Assembly (NCBI RefSeq): GCF_001194135.2 | Contig: NC_068992.1 | Location: 8,168,214-8,232,213 of the forward strand | From: Octopus bimaculoides | Taxonomy: Eukaryota | Direction: 5' to 3' | Length of the DNA stretch: 64,000 nt | Part shown: piece after piece, positions 48,610 through 61,649 of the stretch | How the letters are laid out: each line of letters starts with the position of its first letter | How positions within the stretch are numbered: the first letter of the stretch is position 1 | Translations under genes and position numbers: made by a program | Notes under the pieces: generated by a model | Database searches by the model: none | The model's input: only the letters and a program-made list of their open reading frames with translations | What the model was told of the DNA's origin: nothing

Positions 48610-49690
48610 GTGCATGTTAATTTAGCTAGCAAGTATTTAATATTGAGGTTTGGCGATAACAAGTCTCCTCATATCTCTAGAATCTTTCTTTGGATTCTTG
48701 CAGAATATAAGGGAGTAGTTTTCTGCACGTTGACAATGCAAGTTTCAATTCCGGTTTCTTTCAGTCTTTTAGGCAGCATTTTGGTCGTTGCACCAAGTGC
48801 ACCAATTACTACAGAAATAACTGTTGCCTTGGTCTTCCACAATTTCCTCAGCTCTCTGGCTGGATACTGATATTTCTGAAGTTTTCAATATCTTTCCTCT
48901 TGACGCTGCTATCATTGGGATTTGCAAAATCTATGATCTTCACTTGTCCCCTATAATCATGCCTGATCTTTTTGCCTCAATAGTATGGTCAGTCTTTATG
49001 GCGAAGTCTCCCAAGATCTTGTAATTCTCATTTTCTATCACAGCCTCTTGTTCATGTTTATGCCACTTTTCTGTTGTTCTGAAGCCACATACTCGGTTAG
49101 CACCCCACTGCACTCTTTTGCCTACACGGTCAAGTCTGCGCTAATACACCTCTTTGTGCTAGTATACTGCAGCCACTCAAAATGTTATTAATACTCTCGC
49201 CTCTTTTCTTGCAGATTCTACATTTGTTGTCTGAATAACTTTTGTCAATCTATGTCTTTATCAGATTTATTCTAAGAGCTTGTTCCTGAGCGGCTATAAT
49301 TAGCATTTCTGTCTCTCATTTCAAGTTCCTGTCCGTTAACCAAAACCAGCGATCTTCACTTTCAACACTCTCAGTATGTTGCATGAATTAACCATACAAT
49401 TGCATTTCTATCCGCTTGTTTATTTTGCTGTTCTTCATTTCCTCTTTGAATTCTCATACTGTTCCAGTCACTTTTTGGGGTATATCTGAGTGCCAAAAGT
49501 ATTCTTTCTTTACTCAGCACAACGTAAATTTTCAAACCCAGCATCATAGTACTAAAAGTGTCTTCTGCAGTTAGTAATCCTCTGTCACCTTCCTTTCTAG
49601 GTAGATTGAGTCGATCGGTATTACTTTTAGGACGGAATGCGTTGTACATTGTGAGCAGCTTTGTAGTTCTTCTAACCAAGTTTTCTAGCT
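48610..49690 (-). mobile_element. R4/Dong-like non-LTR retrotransposon with restriction-like endonuclease (RLE), 5'-truncated relic
   Basis: Minus strand: RRTTKLLTMYNAFRPKSNTDRLNLPRKEGDRGL; SGCSILAQ..RRLDRVGKRVQW; ILGDFAIKTDHTIEAKRSG (PD motif decayed); IIDFANPND...KY...LRKLW...VVIGALG; RKILEI* (stop at 48669-48671). A short 3'UTR follows, then (TAA)n. Confidence 0.85.
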
Positions 49691-49707
49691 CCCTGTGGGC
49701 AATAAAG

Positions 49708-49738
<31 letters not shown>

Positions 49739-50375
49739 NNNNNNNNNNNNNNNNNNNNNNNNNNNNNNNNNNNNNNNNNNNNNNNNNNNNNNNNNNNNNN
49801 NNNNNNNNNNNNNNNNNNNNNNNNNNNNNNNNNNNNNNNNNNNNNNNNNNNNNNNNNNNNNNNNNNNNNNNNNNNNNNNNNNNNNNNNNNNNNNNNNNNN
49901 NNNNNNNNNNNNNNNNNNNNNNNNNNNNNNNNNNNNNNNNNNNNNNNNNNNNNNNNNNNNNNNNNNNNNNNNNNNNNNNNNNNNNNNNNNNNNNNNNNNN
50001 NNNNNNNNNNNNNNNNNNNNNNNNNNNNNNNNNNNNNNNNNNNNNNNNNNNNNNNNNNNNNNNNNNNNNNNNNNNNNNNNNNNNNNNNNNNNNNNNNNNN
50101 NNNNNNNNNNNNNNNNNNNNNNNNNNNNNNNNNNNNNNNNNNNNNNNNNNNNNNNNNNNNNNNNNNNNNNNNNNNNNNNNNNNNNNNNNNNNNNNNNNNN
50201 NNNNNNNNNNNNNNNNNNNNNNNNNNNNNNNNNNNNNNNNNNNNNNNNNNNNNNNNNNNNNNNNNNNNNNNNNNNNNNNNNNNNNNNNNNNNNNNNNNNN
50301 NNNNNNNNNNNNNNNNNNNNNNNNNNNNNNNNNNNNNNNNNNNNNNNNNNNNNNNNNNNNNNNNNNNNNNNNNNN

Positions 50376-50439
<64 letters not shown>

Positions 50440-50803
50440 TAGCAATTTGCAAATACTCGCTGTTATCACCTTCACAGACACTTTGAAGTGTCGATGTAGG
50501 CCGTCCAAGCTACATCTATTAACCAATGAAAACTGAGCGAGATAACACATGATCCATAAATCTGAGATGCGAATTAAATTGACGTATGAAAAGTATATAT
50601 AATAAATTACATTATATCATATTTTTTGTATAATTGCCCAGTTTACATCTGTCTTATTTTTTTCTTGAAGTCGGCCTGGAATGCCAGTAAATCCGCCCCT
50701 CTCCACCCCGTAGCCTTTTTATCATGAAAAGTATTTCTACGGCGATAAGAATGAAAGACAGATTATGTTAGGAATATACACAGTAAAATAGAAACTTTTC
50801 AGT

Positions 50804-50953
50804 CAGTGCCGTATTTACCGAGAAGCTTAGGGCAGCAAAATCAAGGAGGCTTCCGGTTAATTTATATAATATTTTTGACAGTGTAGAAGGTCTATTGGGA
50901 TGGCTTCAAAAGTGGAATAGACTTGAGCCTCTCTTTACTTAAATCTGGCAATG
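50804..50953. mobile_element. Possible short MITE
   Basis: Imperfect 14-bp inverted ends cagtgccgtattta / taaatctggcaatg. No TSD seen. Confidence 0.3.
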
Positions 50954-51007
50954 ATTGTAATTTAAACAATTATAGCGCAGAAGACATATTAGCAATTTAA
51001 AAAGATA

Positions 51008-51128
51008 AAAACTGTTAACTTCAGTTAAATATTTATTATTTGGTGTCAAAGTTTGAGTCGCAACAATTTGCGATCCGGTCACTGACACGACACCAAATAA
51101 TGAATTTTTAAATACAGCTAACAGTTTT
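51008..51128. mobile_element. Small hairpin / MITE-like element with 40-bp inverted arms
   Basis: aaaactgttaacttcagttaaatatttattatttggtgtc (51008-51047) versus gacaccaaataatgaatttttaaatacagctaacagtttt (51089-51128). Confidence 0.6.
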
Positions 51129-51479
51129 TGTGTGTTTCTGAATGACTAATGTGTATCGTCCACGCAGGAATTGTTTTACTTTTAACACACGGTCTCAGAT
51201 CACATTACTTGCCAGGCAAGTACACTTCCGAAATTTCAGTCAAGGTACCTGAAAAAAAAAAAAAAAAAGAAAAAAGCTTCCAACGGTTTATTTCGAAAAT
51301 TGGCTATGGTTTAGTTTGAAATTTCAAACATCCGGTAATTTTATAGTTACCAACACTAGAGTTGCTGGCAGTAGATTCCAGCATTAATTCCATTTTACTT
51401 CTCGGAGCTCTTGATTTCACTTATTCCGTATAATTCTCTAAGAGCGGACAACAACCTGTAGGATCTCACAGGGTCTCTA

Positions 51480-51700
51480 TTGTATCGATGCCCCCAGACG
51501 ATGAAGTAGGCTAGCCCAATACGTAGATATAGAGGGAGAAGTCTAGACGTCGGGGAAGTTGAGTAGAGGTCATCTGAACGTGCGATATAACAGTGGCGAC
51601 GAGGATTTCGTAGCTCACACAGCCACTGTGTAGTATTGCGATATAACAGTCTCTTTCCACGATACTTAATATCTCAAAATCCTCATTGTCCCCCAAAAAG
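51480..51700 (-). pseudogene. Possible highly decayed L1/Tx1 RT fragment
   Basis: IAILHSG...VISHVQ...FSLYIYVLG loosely resembles IxALYSG...IxRSVRQGCPLSPLLYVL. Confidence 0.25.
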
Positions 51701-52205
51701 CAGTTTTCTGGGAATGTTCTACCTCATGCCAATTTCTCCATTGTTATTATTGTCATTTTCATTAGCATCTTCTTTCAATTCTGTTTCTTTTTCTTGCTGA
51801 GTGTGTTATGGCTATCCTTAACCAATTAAGATGAGAGTATTTTAAATTTTCTGTAACAAATATAACAAAAAATCTGATACAAAATTCGCCTGTCTTTAGG
51901 AACAACTACAACAAAATCCAAAATATGAACAACAACAAATTCTTATCGGAAATAAATATCAAAAGAACAATAGTACGTATGACAGAAGATACGACATAAT
52001 TCACATTTATTTTAGTTCACAGAAGAGTCTCTTAAGATCGATTAAAATTGAAAGCAAACAAACAAGCCATTTCAGGAAAATGACATATCCGGCAAAAAAA
52101 TAAAGATAAAAAATAAAAAATTTTAAATTTCCGCTAAGGATTACGTGTCAAAATATAAGTTATTTTTTCACACAAATGAAATCGTCGTTGTTAACTCGAG
52201 TAAAA

Positions 52206-52717
52206 TATGAGGAGTACCCAGAAGTAACTGGAAACGTTCTCTGTAGTTCAGGCTTCCGCTGCTAGAAGCCACTTGGTGCGACCCGCAGGCATCAGTCTAT
52301 CGACCAGCGGCGTCGAGTGGAGTCGGACTGCCACGTGGTGCGTTTTTGTTTTGCAGCGCTTCTCCTCTATTCGTCGATTTTTGTGATAGCTGAAGCGAAG
52401 GGACAGCGTGATTCCGTGAAAGTCTGTTTTCTGCTAGGGAAAGCCGCGGCTGAAACAGTTGTCATGCTTCAAACAACTTACAAGGATGCTGCCATGAGCA
52501 AAACACAAGTCTACGAGTGGTTTCACGCTTCAGGAATGGTCACTTATCTCTTGAAGACCAACCTCGTTCAGGACGACGGTCGACCTCCCGAACGAAAGAA
52601 AAAATGAAAATTCATGAACTGATCTTGGAAGACTGTCACCGAACAATTAACGAACTTGATACGACTGGTGTATCCTGGAGCTCCTGCTAACGAATTTTGA
52701 TCGAAGAATTGCGAATG
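52206..52717 (+). mobile_element. 5' half of a mariner element running into a gap
   Basis: TIR-like start tatgaggagtacccagaagtaactggaa. Frames give AEAKGQRDSVKVCFLLGKAAAETVVML..YKDAAMSKTQVYEWF.RFRNG..SLEDQPRSGR..TINEL..GVSWSSC*RILIEELRM (HTH domain). Confidence 0.92.
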
Positions 52718-53380
52718 NNNNNNNNNNNNNNNNNNNNNNNNNNNNNNNNNNNNNNNNNNNNNNNNNNNNNNNNNNNNNNNNNNNNNNNNNNNNNNNNNNN
52801 NNNNNNNNNNNNNNNNNNNNNNNNNNNNNNNNNNNNNNNNNNNNNNNNNNNNNNNNNNNNNNNNNNNNNNNNNNNNNNNNNNNNNNNNNNNNNNNNNNNN
52901 NNNNNNNNNNNNNNNNNNNNNNNNNNNNNNNNNNNNNNNNNNNNNNNNNNNNNNNNNNNNNNNNNNNNNNNNNNNNNNNNNNNNNNNNNNNNNNNNNNNN
53001 NNNNNNNNNNNNNNNNNNNNNNNNNNNNNNNNNNNNNNNNNNNNNNNNNNNNNNNNNNNNNNNNNNNNNNNNNNNNNNNNNNNNNNNNNNNNNNNNNNNN
53101 NNNNNNNNNNNNNNNNNNNNNNNNNNNNNNNNNNNNNNNNNNNNNNNNNNNNNNNNNNNNNNNNNNNNNNNNNNNNNNNNNNNNNNNNNNNNNNNNNNNN
53201 NNNNNNNNNNNNNNNNNNNNNNNNNNNNNNNNNNNNNNNNNNNNNNNNNNNNNNNNNNNNNNNNNNNNNNNNNNNNNNNNNNNNNNNNNNNNNNNNNNNN
53301 NNNNNNNNNNNNNNNNNNNNNNNNNNNNNNNNNNNNNNNNNNNNNNNNNNNNNNNNNNNNNNNNNNNNNNNNNNNNNNNN

Positions 53381-53427
<47 letters not shown>

Positions 53428-53849
53428 TTGTGTGTCTGTCCCCCCAACATCGTGTACGTATGTGTGTGTGTGTTGTGTATGTGTGCGTGTACCTACATAT
53501 CTATCTAATAATATACTCTCTAACAATCCGGCCTCAGTTTATCATCCAGTTATGTAAGATCCTAATTTTTTACCCTGCGACATATTACCAAAGTAACAGT
53601 GACTTGACATTCTACAGGAAACTGGATTGAAGAAACCAAAGAAGAAAAAAGAAAGACTTCGCAGCTTTTGTTGAAATAAGATTTACAGTTATGAAACCTG
53701 ATGTTTATCAAGCACTCGTAATATAATCAATTTCATATCAATAAGGCGGACATTTCAACAGCACCGTAGGCTTGTATCAAATATCGATAAGCTGACGCCG
53801 AGGTCCAGGTTCCATACTCTCTTGTGTCGTCGTCGTCGTCATCGTCGTC

Positions 53850-53855
53850 GTAGTG

Positions 53856-53906
<51 letters not shown>

Positions 53907-53907
53907 A

Positions 53908-53961
<54 letters not shown>
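53850..53961. repeat. (TAG)n microsatellite
   Basis: Directly visible. Confidence 0.97.
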
Positions 53962-53962
<1 letters not shown>

Positions 53963-54007
53963 TTAATATTGATCAGCTCAAAAGTCATTTCAATATTAAT
54001 CATATCG

Positions 54008-54592
54008 AAGGCGACAAGCTGGGCAGAATCGGTAGCATGCCGGATGAGACGCTTTGCGGCATTTCGCCCGTCGTCGTGTTCTGAGTTCAAATTCCGTCGA
54101 GTTCGACTTTGCCTTTCATCCTTATCGGGGCTCAATAAAATAAGTACCTGTTGAACTTTGGAGGCCGATGTAATCGACTTACCCCCCACCCTCCCGAAAT
54201 TACTGGCCTTGTGCCAAAATTTGAAATTAATATTAATCATATCATTACCGTGCCGCACTAAAGGCTTAGCGGCACTTCATCCATTTTTACGTTTCTAGTT
54301 CAAATTCCACCAAAGTCGATATTGCCTGTCATCTTTTCGCAGTCGAGAAAACGAATACAACCTAAGCACTGGGGTTGAAGTAATCGACTTATCCCCTCCT
54401 CCGAAATTGCTGGCCTTGTGCCATAACTTGAAATCAATATTAAGTATATCATATATTCTGAGTTCAAACGCTGCCCAATCGACTTTGCCTTTCATCCTTT
54501 CGGTGTTAATAAGATAAGTACTAGTTGACTACTGTGGTCGACAAAATCGACTTCCAGCTGCCATCAAAAAATTACGAGGCTCGTGCCAAATT
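54008..54592 (+). mobile_element. Three tandem SINE B copies (54008-54228, about 54262-54435, about 54455-54592)
   Basis: Each carries gttcaaa...gtcgactttgcctttcatc...ggtcga.gtaatcgact...ggccttgtgcca. Confidence 0.88.
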
Positions 54593-54909
54593 GAGGAAGA
54601 AATATTAACCATATACTTTATTCTGACACGGTGTATCAAAATCTCCATTATTCAAGCAGTTCTCCTATTTTCTGTTGAAGTTTAGAGTCAACTTTGGCGG
54701 TAGAGAGGGTTCAATAGGCCCTTTTATCAAAGACATTTGAACCATGACTACTCCGTCTTTTTTGAAGACATTATTCAATGGATTCCTATGCTTTAATTAA
54801 TTTGGCTTGATTTGAAGGTGATTTGGTCGTTAGTCCTGGCAGGTTGAGCGATCACGCAGTAGCTGCCTTATTAGCTCTTATTCTGTTTTACTTTCTGTTC
54901 TTTGCACAC

Positions 54910-54975
<66 letters not shown>

Positions 54976-55180
54976 TTGCAAAAGTCGGCATTACTTGGAA
55001 GTGCACACATATTGCATGTTTGAGAGTACAAAAGTTGTGGGGAGCGTGTAATCAGCCCCTAATAAAATCTTTAATTACCATTTCTCCTCGGCCTGTTTTG
55101 ACCAGGAACAGTAGTCCCTGTCGTGGAATGTAGCTCTTCTAGAGGGAAGATACTCTGGCATAAAACTTGCAAAATAATAC
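54976..55180 (+). mobile_element. Extreme 3' fragment of an R4/Dong-like element next to (AAT)n
   Basis: LQKSALLGSAHILHV* (54976-55023) matches the LQKxxLLGxAHIL C-terminus of R4-clade ORFs and starts 2 bp after an (AAT)n tract (about 54910-54973). The 3' boundary is approximate. Confidence 0.6.
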
Positions 55181-55429
55181 CAGTTATCATTGCAATGCTT
55201 GTTACTGGGACATTCGATAGCGAGAGAAAGAATGGTTAAAATGTTAACAAGCTTTTGTCTCTTAAATCCGAAGACATTGAAAAGTCTCACTATCATTTCA
55301 TTTCTTGATCCCTTTTTTTTGTATTCTATAAAGTCCTATGGAAATGGATATCTGCGTATATGCAAGGATGAAAGTAAATCAGAACAATCAGGATGAATGT
55401 AAGACGACTATCATTTGACAAGATGTGGC

Positions 55430-56120
55430 AATCATCACATTATACTACTTGCTAAACTTCTGGAATGTGCAACATAATTTCAGTTCCATTAATAGCATGT
55501 AATTGTAATTTTCTAGCCGTATCCTTACTGGCTTTGTGAAGCCCAGTTTCTCAAGATTGTTACAGCAGCAGCTAATTACCTAATTTGCCCTAGTTATCAC
55601 AAATGCATGCAGTCCTGATGTAACATCTGCCGATTATTCATTAGTTCGCCATAGATTTTTTCTTTTCTTTTATCTTCAACATTATGTTCATGTCTGCTGG
55701 ACAATTGATTTCTATTACTTTGCACAATATTTTTCTCTGTCTCAGATCATTACGTCTGATCAGTTCCGCGACCATTTTACACAAGTTTTGACAGGAACAT
55801 TCTCTGAGTACGCTTTCATATCATTAGTGATTACTGGCCACTACAGCACTGTAAATTTTTATATTTTGGTCCCCAGGACTATTCTTTCTAGGACCTGAAG
55901 TGTATACAGTTGAATTTTGGCCACTACATCCTGTCTCATAGATAAGTATAGTCGTTAACACATTTTCGGATAGTGGCTTTTATGTGAATCCCGCCTTCAG
56001 TGCTAACCAAACAGTAAATCCAGGTTATCACATCTAGATGTCTTACCTGTATCCTTATTTGTCTTCTAAACTGGATATTGTTATTTTCTATTCTTCTATT
56101 GCAAAAGCATACTCTTCAAT
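55430..56120 (-). pseudogene. Decayed RLE-type (R4/NeSL-like) non-LTR retrotransposon C-terminal region
   Basis: Minus strand: IEEYAFAIEE; NVPVKTCVK; LCKVIEINCPADMNIMLKIK..IYGELM; NNLEKLGFTK; KLQLHAINGT. Many stops and frameshifts. Confidence 0.6.
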
Positions 56121-56122
56121 AT

Positions 56123-56657
56123 GTTGGCACTCCGTCGCTTACGACGTCGAGGGTTCCAGTTGATCCGATCAACGGAACAGCCTGCTCGTGAAATTAACGT
56201 GCAAGTGGCTGAGCACTCCACAGACACGTGTACCTTTAACGCAGTTCTCGGGGATATTCAGCGTGACACAGTGTGACAAGGCTGACCCATTGAATTACAG
56301 GCACAACAGAAACAGGAAGTAAGAGTGAGAGAAAGTTGTGGTGGAAGAGTACAGCAGGGTTCGCCACCATCCCCTGTCNNNNNNNNNNNNNNNNNNNNNN
56401 NNNNNNNNNNNNNNNNNNNNNNNNNNNNNNNNNNNNNNNNNNNNNNNNNNNNNNNNNNNNNNNNNNNNNNNNNNNNNNNNNNNNNNNNNNNNNNNNNNNN
56501 NNNNNNNNNNNNNNNNNNNNNNNNNNNNNNNNNNNNNNNNNNNNNNNNNNNNNNNNNNNNNNNNNNNNNNNNNNNNNNNNNNNNNNNNNNNNNNNNNNNN
56601 NNNNNNNNNNNNNNNNNNNNNNNNNNNNNNNNNNNNNNNNNNNNNTATTGCGCCTCC
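56123..56657 (-). mobile_element. SINE family C, full length across a gap (56379-56645)
   Basis: Head remnant tattgcgcctcc at 56646-56657. Body matches 19910-20116. The complete 3' tail ends ...cgacggagtgccaac at 56123. Confidence 0.9.
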
Positions 56658-56871
56658 ACACACATTTCACCATAGCAGATTTTAAAAAGCGTGAAATGAA
56701 GTGTCTCGCTCAAGGACAGAACATGCAGATCAGTCCAAGATTTTCGTGCCAGGGACTTTTGAATTTGTGTGTGTCTGTTTGTATTTATGTATGTATGTTT
56801 GTATTACTAGGCCTTTGAAAGCGTATCTGTATACATACATACATACATACATACATACATACATACATACA

Positions 56872-56902
<31 letters not shown>

Positions 56903-57246
56903 GCGTACTGTGCTACTGGGTTTTTAATCTGTGTGTGCATGTGTATGTACATAAATGTGTGTTTGTTTGTGTTTGGGAGAAGCATATATAAAAGTAAGTG
57001 GGTGAAAGGGAGAGAGAAAGATCGAGAGAGGGTATTTCCGTGCTTGTGTGTGTGATTAGGCGAGGAATAAGTTGTGAAAATCTCGGTCCTGGAATTATTT
57101 GCTACCGGCTGCCGTTGTTCCCAGACAAGTTAACCGTTTTCAAATTATTCCAGTCGTAATAAATGCTGCATCAGAAATGGTGATATCGGTGTGAAACAGG
57201 CTCAAAGTAATTCTTGTGTTAACATGGTCGCTTCATTTAATTTACA

Positions 57247-57247
<1 letters not shown>

Positions 57248-57313
<66 letters not shown>
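57248..57313. repeat. (CTA)n microsatellite
   Basis: Directly visible. Confidence 0.97.
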
Positions 57314-57314
<1 letters not shown>

Positions 57315-58090
57315 CAGTAACCGAATCACACCCGCGCGAAGCGGCCGAACTGAGATTGTTGTAAACACACGCGTCGTAGAAATCCGTACAAAGACAAGAT
57401 GGTCATGGTTGGACTACTTTGATCAGTCAGAGATTACCGATGACAGACAACAACGATTTCAATTGCTGAAAGATCTCTCCGCAGAATCATCACCCGAAGA
57501 GCAAAATTGTAGAAATTTGCGGCCTCTGTTTAATCTTCATAGGAATGTTGAAGTCTGCTTCGTTTATTCAACTGCCTGTTCGTTGTTGACAGTATTCCAA
57601 GGCAGTTTTCAAATTACAAGCGCCTTGTAATGCTTTTACCTGCCATAAACTTACCTATTCCATGCAATCAGTTCATATACGCACATATACACACGCAAGC
57701 ACACAGACTCATACATACACACATACACACATACCGACGCACATACATACTCATGCTCACACACACACACACACGTAACATATGTGTGTATGTATGTAAG
57801 TATGTATGTATATTTTGGCTATTTTTTTCTCAGAGTCTTCACCGATGGAGGAAGAAGCAGCTTCTAAATCAGGAACAAGGAACTTTCATTGGAACGTAGA
57901 CAACATCAACTGGGCCCGCGCGCGCGAGAGAGAAAGAGAGAGCATGTGTGCTTGTGTGTGTTAGCAAGTATGTATGTGTATATGCATGCATGTGTGTATG
58001 TATGTATATATAAATTTAGGCTTATGCTGACAACACATATATATAAGTATATATGTATATGTGTGTATATGCGTTTGCATATATATATAT

Positions 58091-58126
<36 letters not shown>

Positions 58127-58230
58127 GTACATCTTTCTATCTATCTATCTATCTACTATATGTCTGCGTGCGCGCGTGTATATAGAGATAGATACATACA
58201 TACATACATACATACATATCTCCATCTCTA

Positions 58231-58278
<48 letters not shown>

Positions 58279-60321
58279 ATACATGTATCTATTTATGTAT
58301 GTATGTATGTGTTTCTCTTGAACATTTTTTATATATAAAATCCATGTAAATTTCCATTCAACTGCCTGGATTCGCTGCTACGGATGAAGCCACGCCATAT
58401 GACAGCAGACTTAGCTATAACCGGTTGCGGGCCAACCTGTCTACGCATATTTCCGACGTTTACAAATTTTTTTCAAAGGGAAATTTAAAAAAAAATATTT
58501 CTTAAGATGGCGAGGATATTAGGTTTGTGAAAGTCATTGTTTTGTTGAAAAGAAATATTTCCTCTTCGTTAATGCATTAATGTCTAGGTTAATTTGCTAA
58601 AAATTGTGATTTATATAAAATGTGACATATACATACATACTCACATAGACACACACTCACACACATACACTTACGCAAACGCACACACATATATAGTGTA
58701 TCTTGTATGTAAAATAGGTGCACTACAAATGTGTGTGTATACATATATATATACATACATATATATGTATACATACACACACACGTACATACACACGCAC
58801 ACTCACAGACATATGCATGTAGTATTATTACCGACGAAAGCAGTATTAGTAACAAAAAGCAATCTATATATCCAACTTAACGTGGAGTTTTTGTTGAGAA
58901 CGCTAAATATGGCGGTATTAAGCCTTGGGAAGTCCTTTCATATAGACGCATAGTGCATCGAAGTACAGAAGCACAATCGAACACACATACATAAGGTGTG
59001 AGGGTTGTTAGTTCGTGGGTTGGCTGTGTCTCTATGTGTAAGAGAATAAATTTTCAATGTGTTTGGTGTTGAAACAATTGAAAGCAAGTCCTAGGCAAGA
59101 AGCGCTGGAACATGCTAGCGGATGGTTTTCAAACCATTTAGCTTATAGTCATAGTCGGCGATATGTCTTGCAGCAGGTCTTGATCGGTACGCGGCATTGA
59201 AAAGTCACAACAATGAAGAAACATCGATGTCGCTCTGAAAATGGACCGGATGTGAGCTGTCTCACTTGACCTACTTCCAGTGCATTGAGGATATATTGTT
59301 TAATGCTTAAAAACGCAGCTGACCCACGAAATCACAGCACAAACACAAGGTGTGTGTGTGTGTTTAAATTCATCAGCATATACGAACATATATGTATATA
59401 CTTATTGTATACATATATATCTGCAGTTCCACTCCATTGCTAATCTGATTTTTACCTTACCGCTTCCCCCCCAACTAATTTCCGGGTGCTCAGGGCAGTA
59501 ATGACGTAGAATTTCGATTCCGAATAAATCTATATAGTCTGCAACTTATAAGTAATAGTACACTAACTTGCAATCGTCAGAAGTCAGGCTGTCGGCTGTG
59601 GATAACATAATCTCTTTATTTCATAAATTTTGCCATGAAGGCATTACATAGAGGGGACAAACAAAGACAAACAGACATAAAGAAGTTCTTGACATAATCT
59701 CTCATAACATAATCTCTTGACAAACCAATTACGATTTCGTTATCTTTTACTTAGTGCCAGCGTTTATCTTAAAGTACAGGTGTAGAAAGTCTCTCAGTAA
59801 AGATTAAGTGCGAGAGGAATCATAAATCTGACCCTCTAACGCACAACAGAGGTCAAACTGCGGTTCTCAAACCTTTTATATGCAGTTCCCGAGATAATAT
59901 TGAGATTTAGTGCTATTTCCATTAAAACAACTTTAACCCTCTTGCGACATCCGGGCCGATTGATGGCCCCAAGTGATGCAAGCTGAAAGGACTTCGAGGC
60001 TGATTCACCGGCCCAATGAAACAAACGCTTTGAAGTGTAAAAGCCTATCAGGGATAGGCTTTCGGTAGATATAATATAAAACTGTATAATATATATAGTT
60101 TTACATGCTAATGAAATAGTTTTCGGCACTGTATCCTTTGTTTTCTATATGCACCCCTCAATTTTTCAATCTCAACAGAAAAAAAAACTTTGGTCTCGTT
60201 CTCTACACATACCAAAACACTCCGTGTCTCGAAAGAGTTAACATCCTTTCAGTCAGAATTTAAATCATTAGTAGCAAAAATGAAAAGAAAAAAAAAAAAA
60301 AAAAAAAAAATATTCAGCGGT

Positions 60322-60725
60322 AGGCATAGCTCTGTGGTTATGAAGATCATTTTGCAAGTATGTGGTTTCGAGTTCAATCCTACCAAACAGCATTAGGCAA
60401 AGTGTCTTCTACTATAGCTCCGGGCCGAATAATACTTTGTAAGTAAATTCGGCAAGCAGAAACTGTGTGGAAGTCCGTTGAATAAACACACACGCACATA
60501 TATATTTGTTTATGTGTATACTAGTGCTTTTGTTTTTGTTCCCGCCCCTCTGTTTGACAACCGGTGTTGATTTGTTTCCGTTCCTATAACATAGCAGGTT
60601 CACAAACCGATAGAATAAGTACTAGATTCTTAAAAATTAAGCACTGGTGTTGTTCTATTCGACTGAACTCTTCGAGTTGGTGCTCTAGCATGGGTGTAGT
60701 CCAATGAATGAAACAAGTTAAAGAT
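60322..60725 (+). mobile_element. Old full-length SINE family A
   Basis: ggcatagctctgtggtt...tgtggtttcgagttcaatcc...ggcaaagtgtcttctactatagctccgggccga...tttgacaaccggtgttg...gatagaataagtactag...aatgaatgaaacaagt. Confidence 0.8.
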
Positions 60726-61389
60726 AAGCAGCGATTAATCAACACACTTTTATGAACATACTTGTTTATTTCTTCTTATCTAACAGCTTGACCTTCCTTG
60801 ATCTATTCTCTTCTTCCCTGGTTAGTAACTGGAGCTCTAACGAGTACAAGATTCCAATAGATCTATCAGCAACTGCTGATATTGTTTTTATCACAACCTA
60901 ATCAGTTCAAAGCAATGAAAACTTAAAAACAAAATATATATTGGAAGATTCAGCCTTCTCTTCACGAATATTCGTCTAATTCGCTCGTTCTAACATGGAT
61001 TCCATCCACCACTTCGTGTCTCTCATTCTGTTCGTCTTTGAGCCACAATCTGTTACTCTTTATCTATAAGCGTTCTCTGCTATTCTACTATCAAAGCTAC
61101 GTTCTACATCTTTCTTCTAAAAGCTAATATCTGTGCATGCGAAGAATCCACTGCTCAAACGAAGCTGTTCCGTAGGAATCGACGTTACTGCTATTTTTAA
61201 CCCCAGGAGGACGCCTCCTACAGCTGGTTATTCGATGCAGTCTGCACGCGATACATATGACAAGCATATATCTTCCAGTCACCATCTTCCAGTCACCATC
61301 TTCCAGTCACGAGACCACCAGACCGTTCGGTTTCGACCTCTTTGTGGCTATTCTCGGTGGTATAAATATATACATACATACATACATAC

Positions 61390-61437
<48 letters not shown>

Positions 61438-61439
<2 letters not shown>

Positions 61440-61649
61440 CACCGAGAATAGTTAAAGCAACTCAAACGCCACAAAAGCATTGTCTTAATGACCCACAAAG
61501 GGAGGTAAGTTCCCAGTGTATATAGTCGGATCGAGATTTCGGATTTTGATGGAGGCCATCTTAACTATCATCAGCAACTCTTAACATCTAGGGTTAAACT
61601 CAACTAGTCATTAAGACAGTGCTAAAATGGCTTTTGAGTTGCTTTAACT
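61438..61649. mobile_element. MITE with 43-bp inverted arms
   Basis: 61450-61492 versus 61607-61649, reverse complement with 6 mismatches. The left end extends as caccaccgagaat after (TA)n. Confidence 0.75.

Noticed and set aside
57834-57895. Strong plus-strand acceptor with an open frame (SSPMEEEAASKSGTRNFHWN)
   Set aside because: Only a weak donor (GTAGAC), it runs into microsatellite, and there is no recognisable homology.
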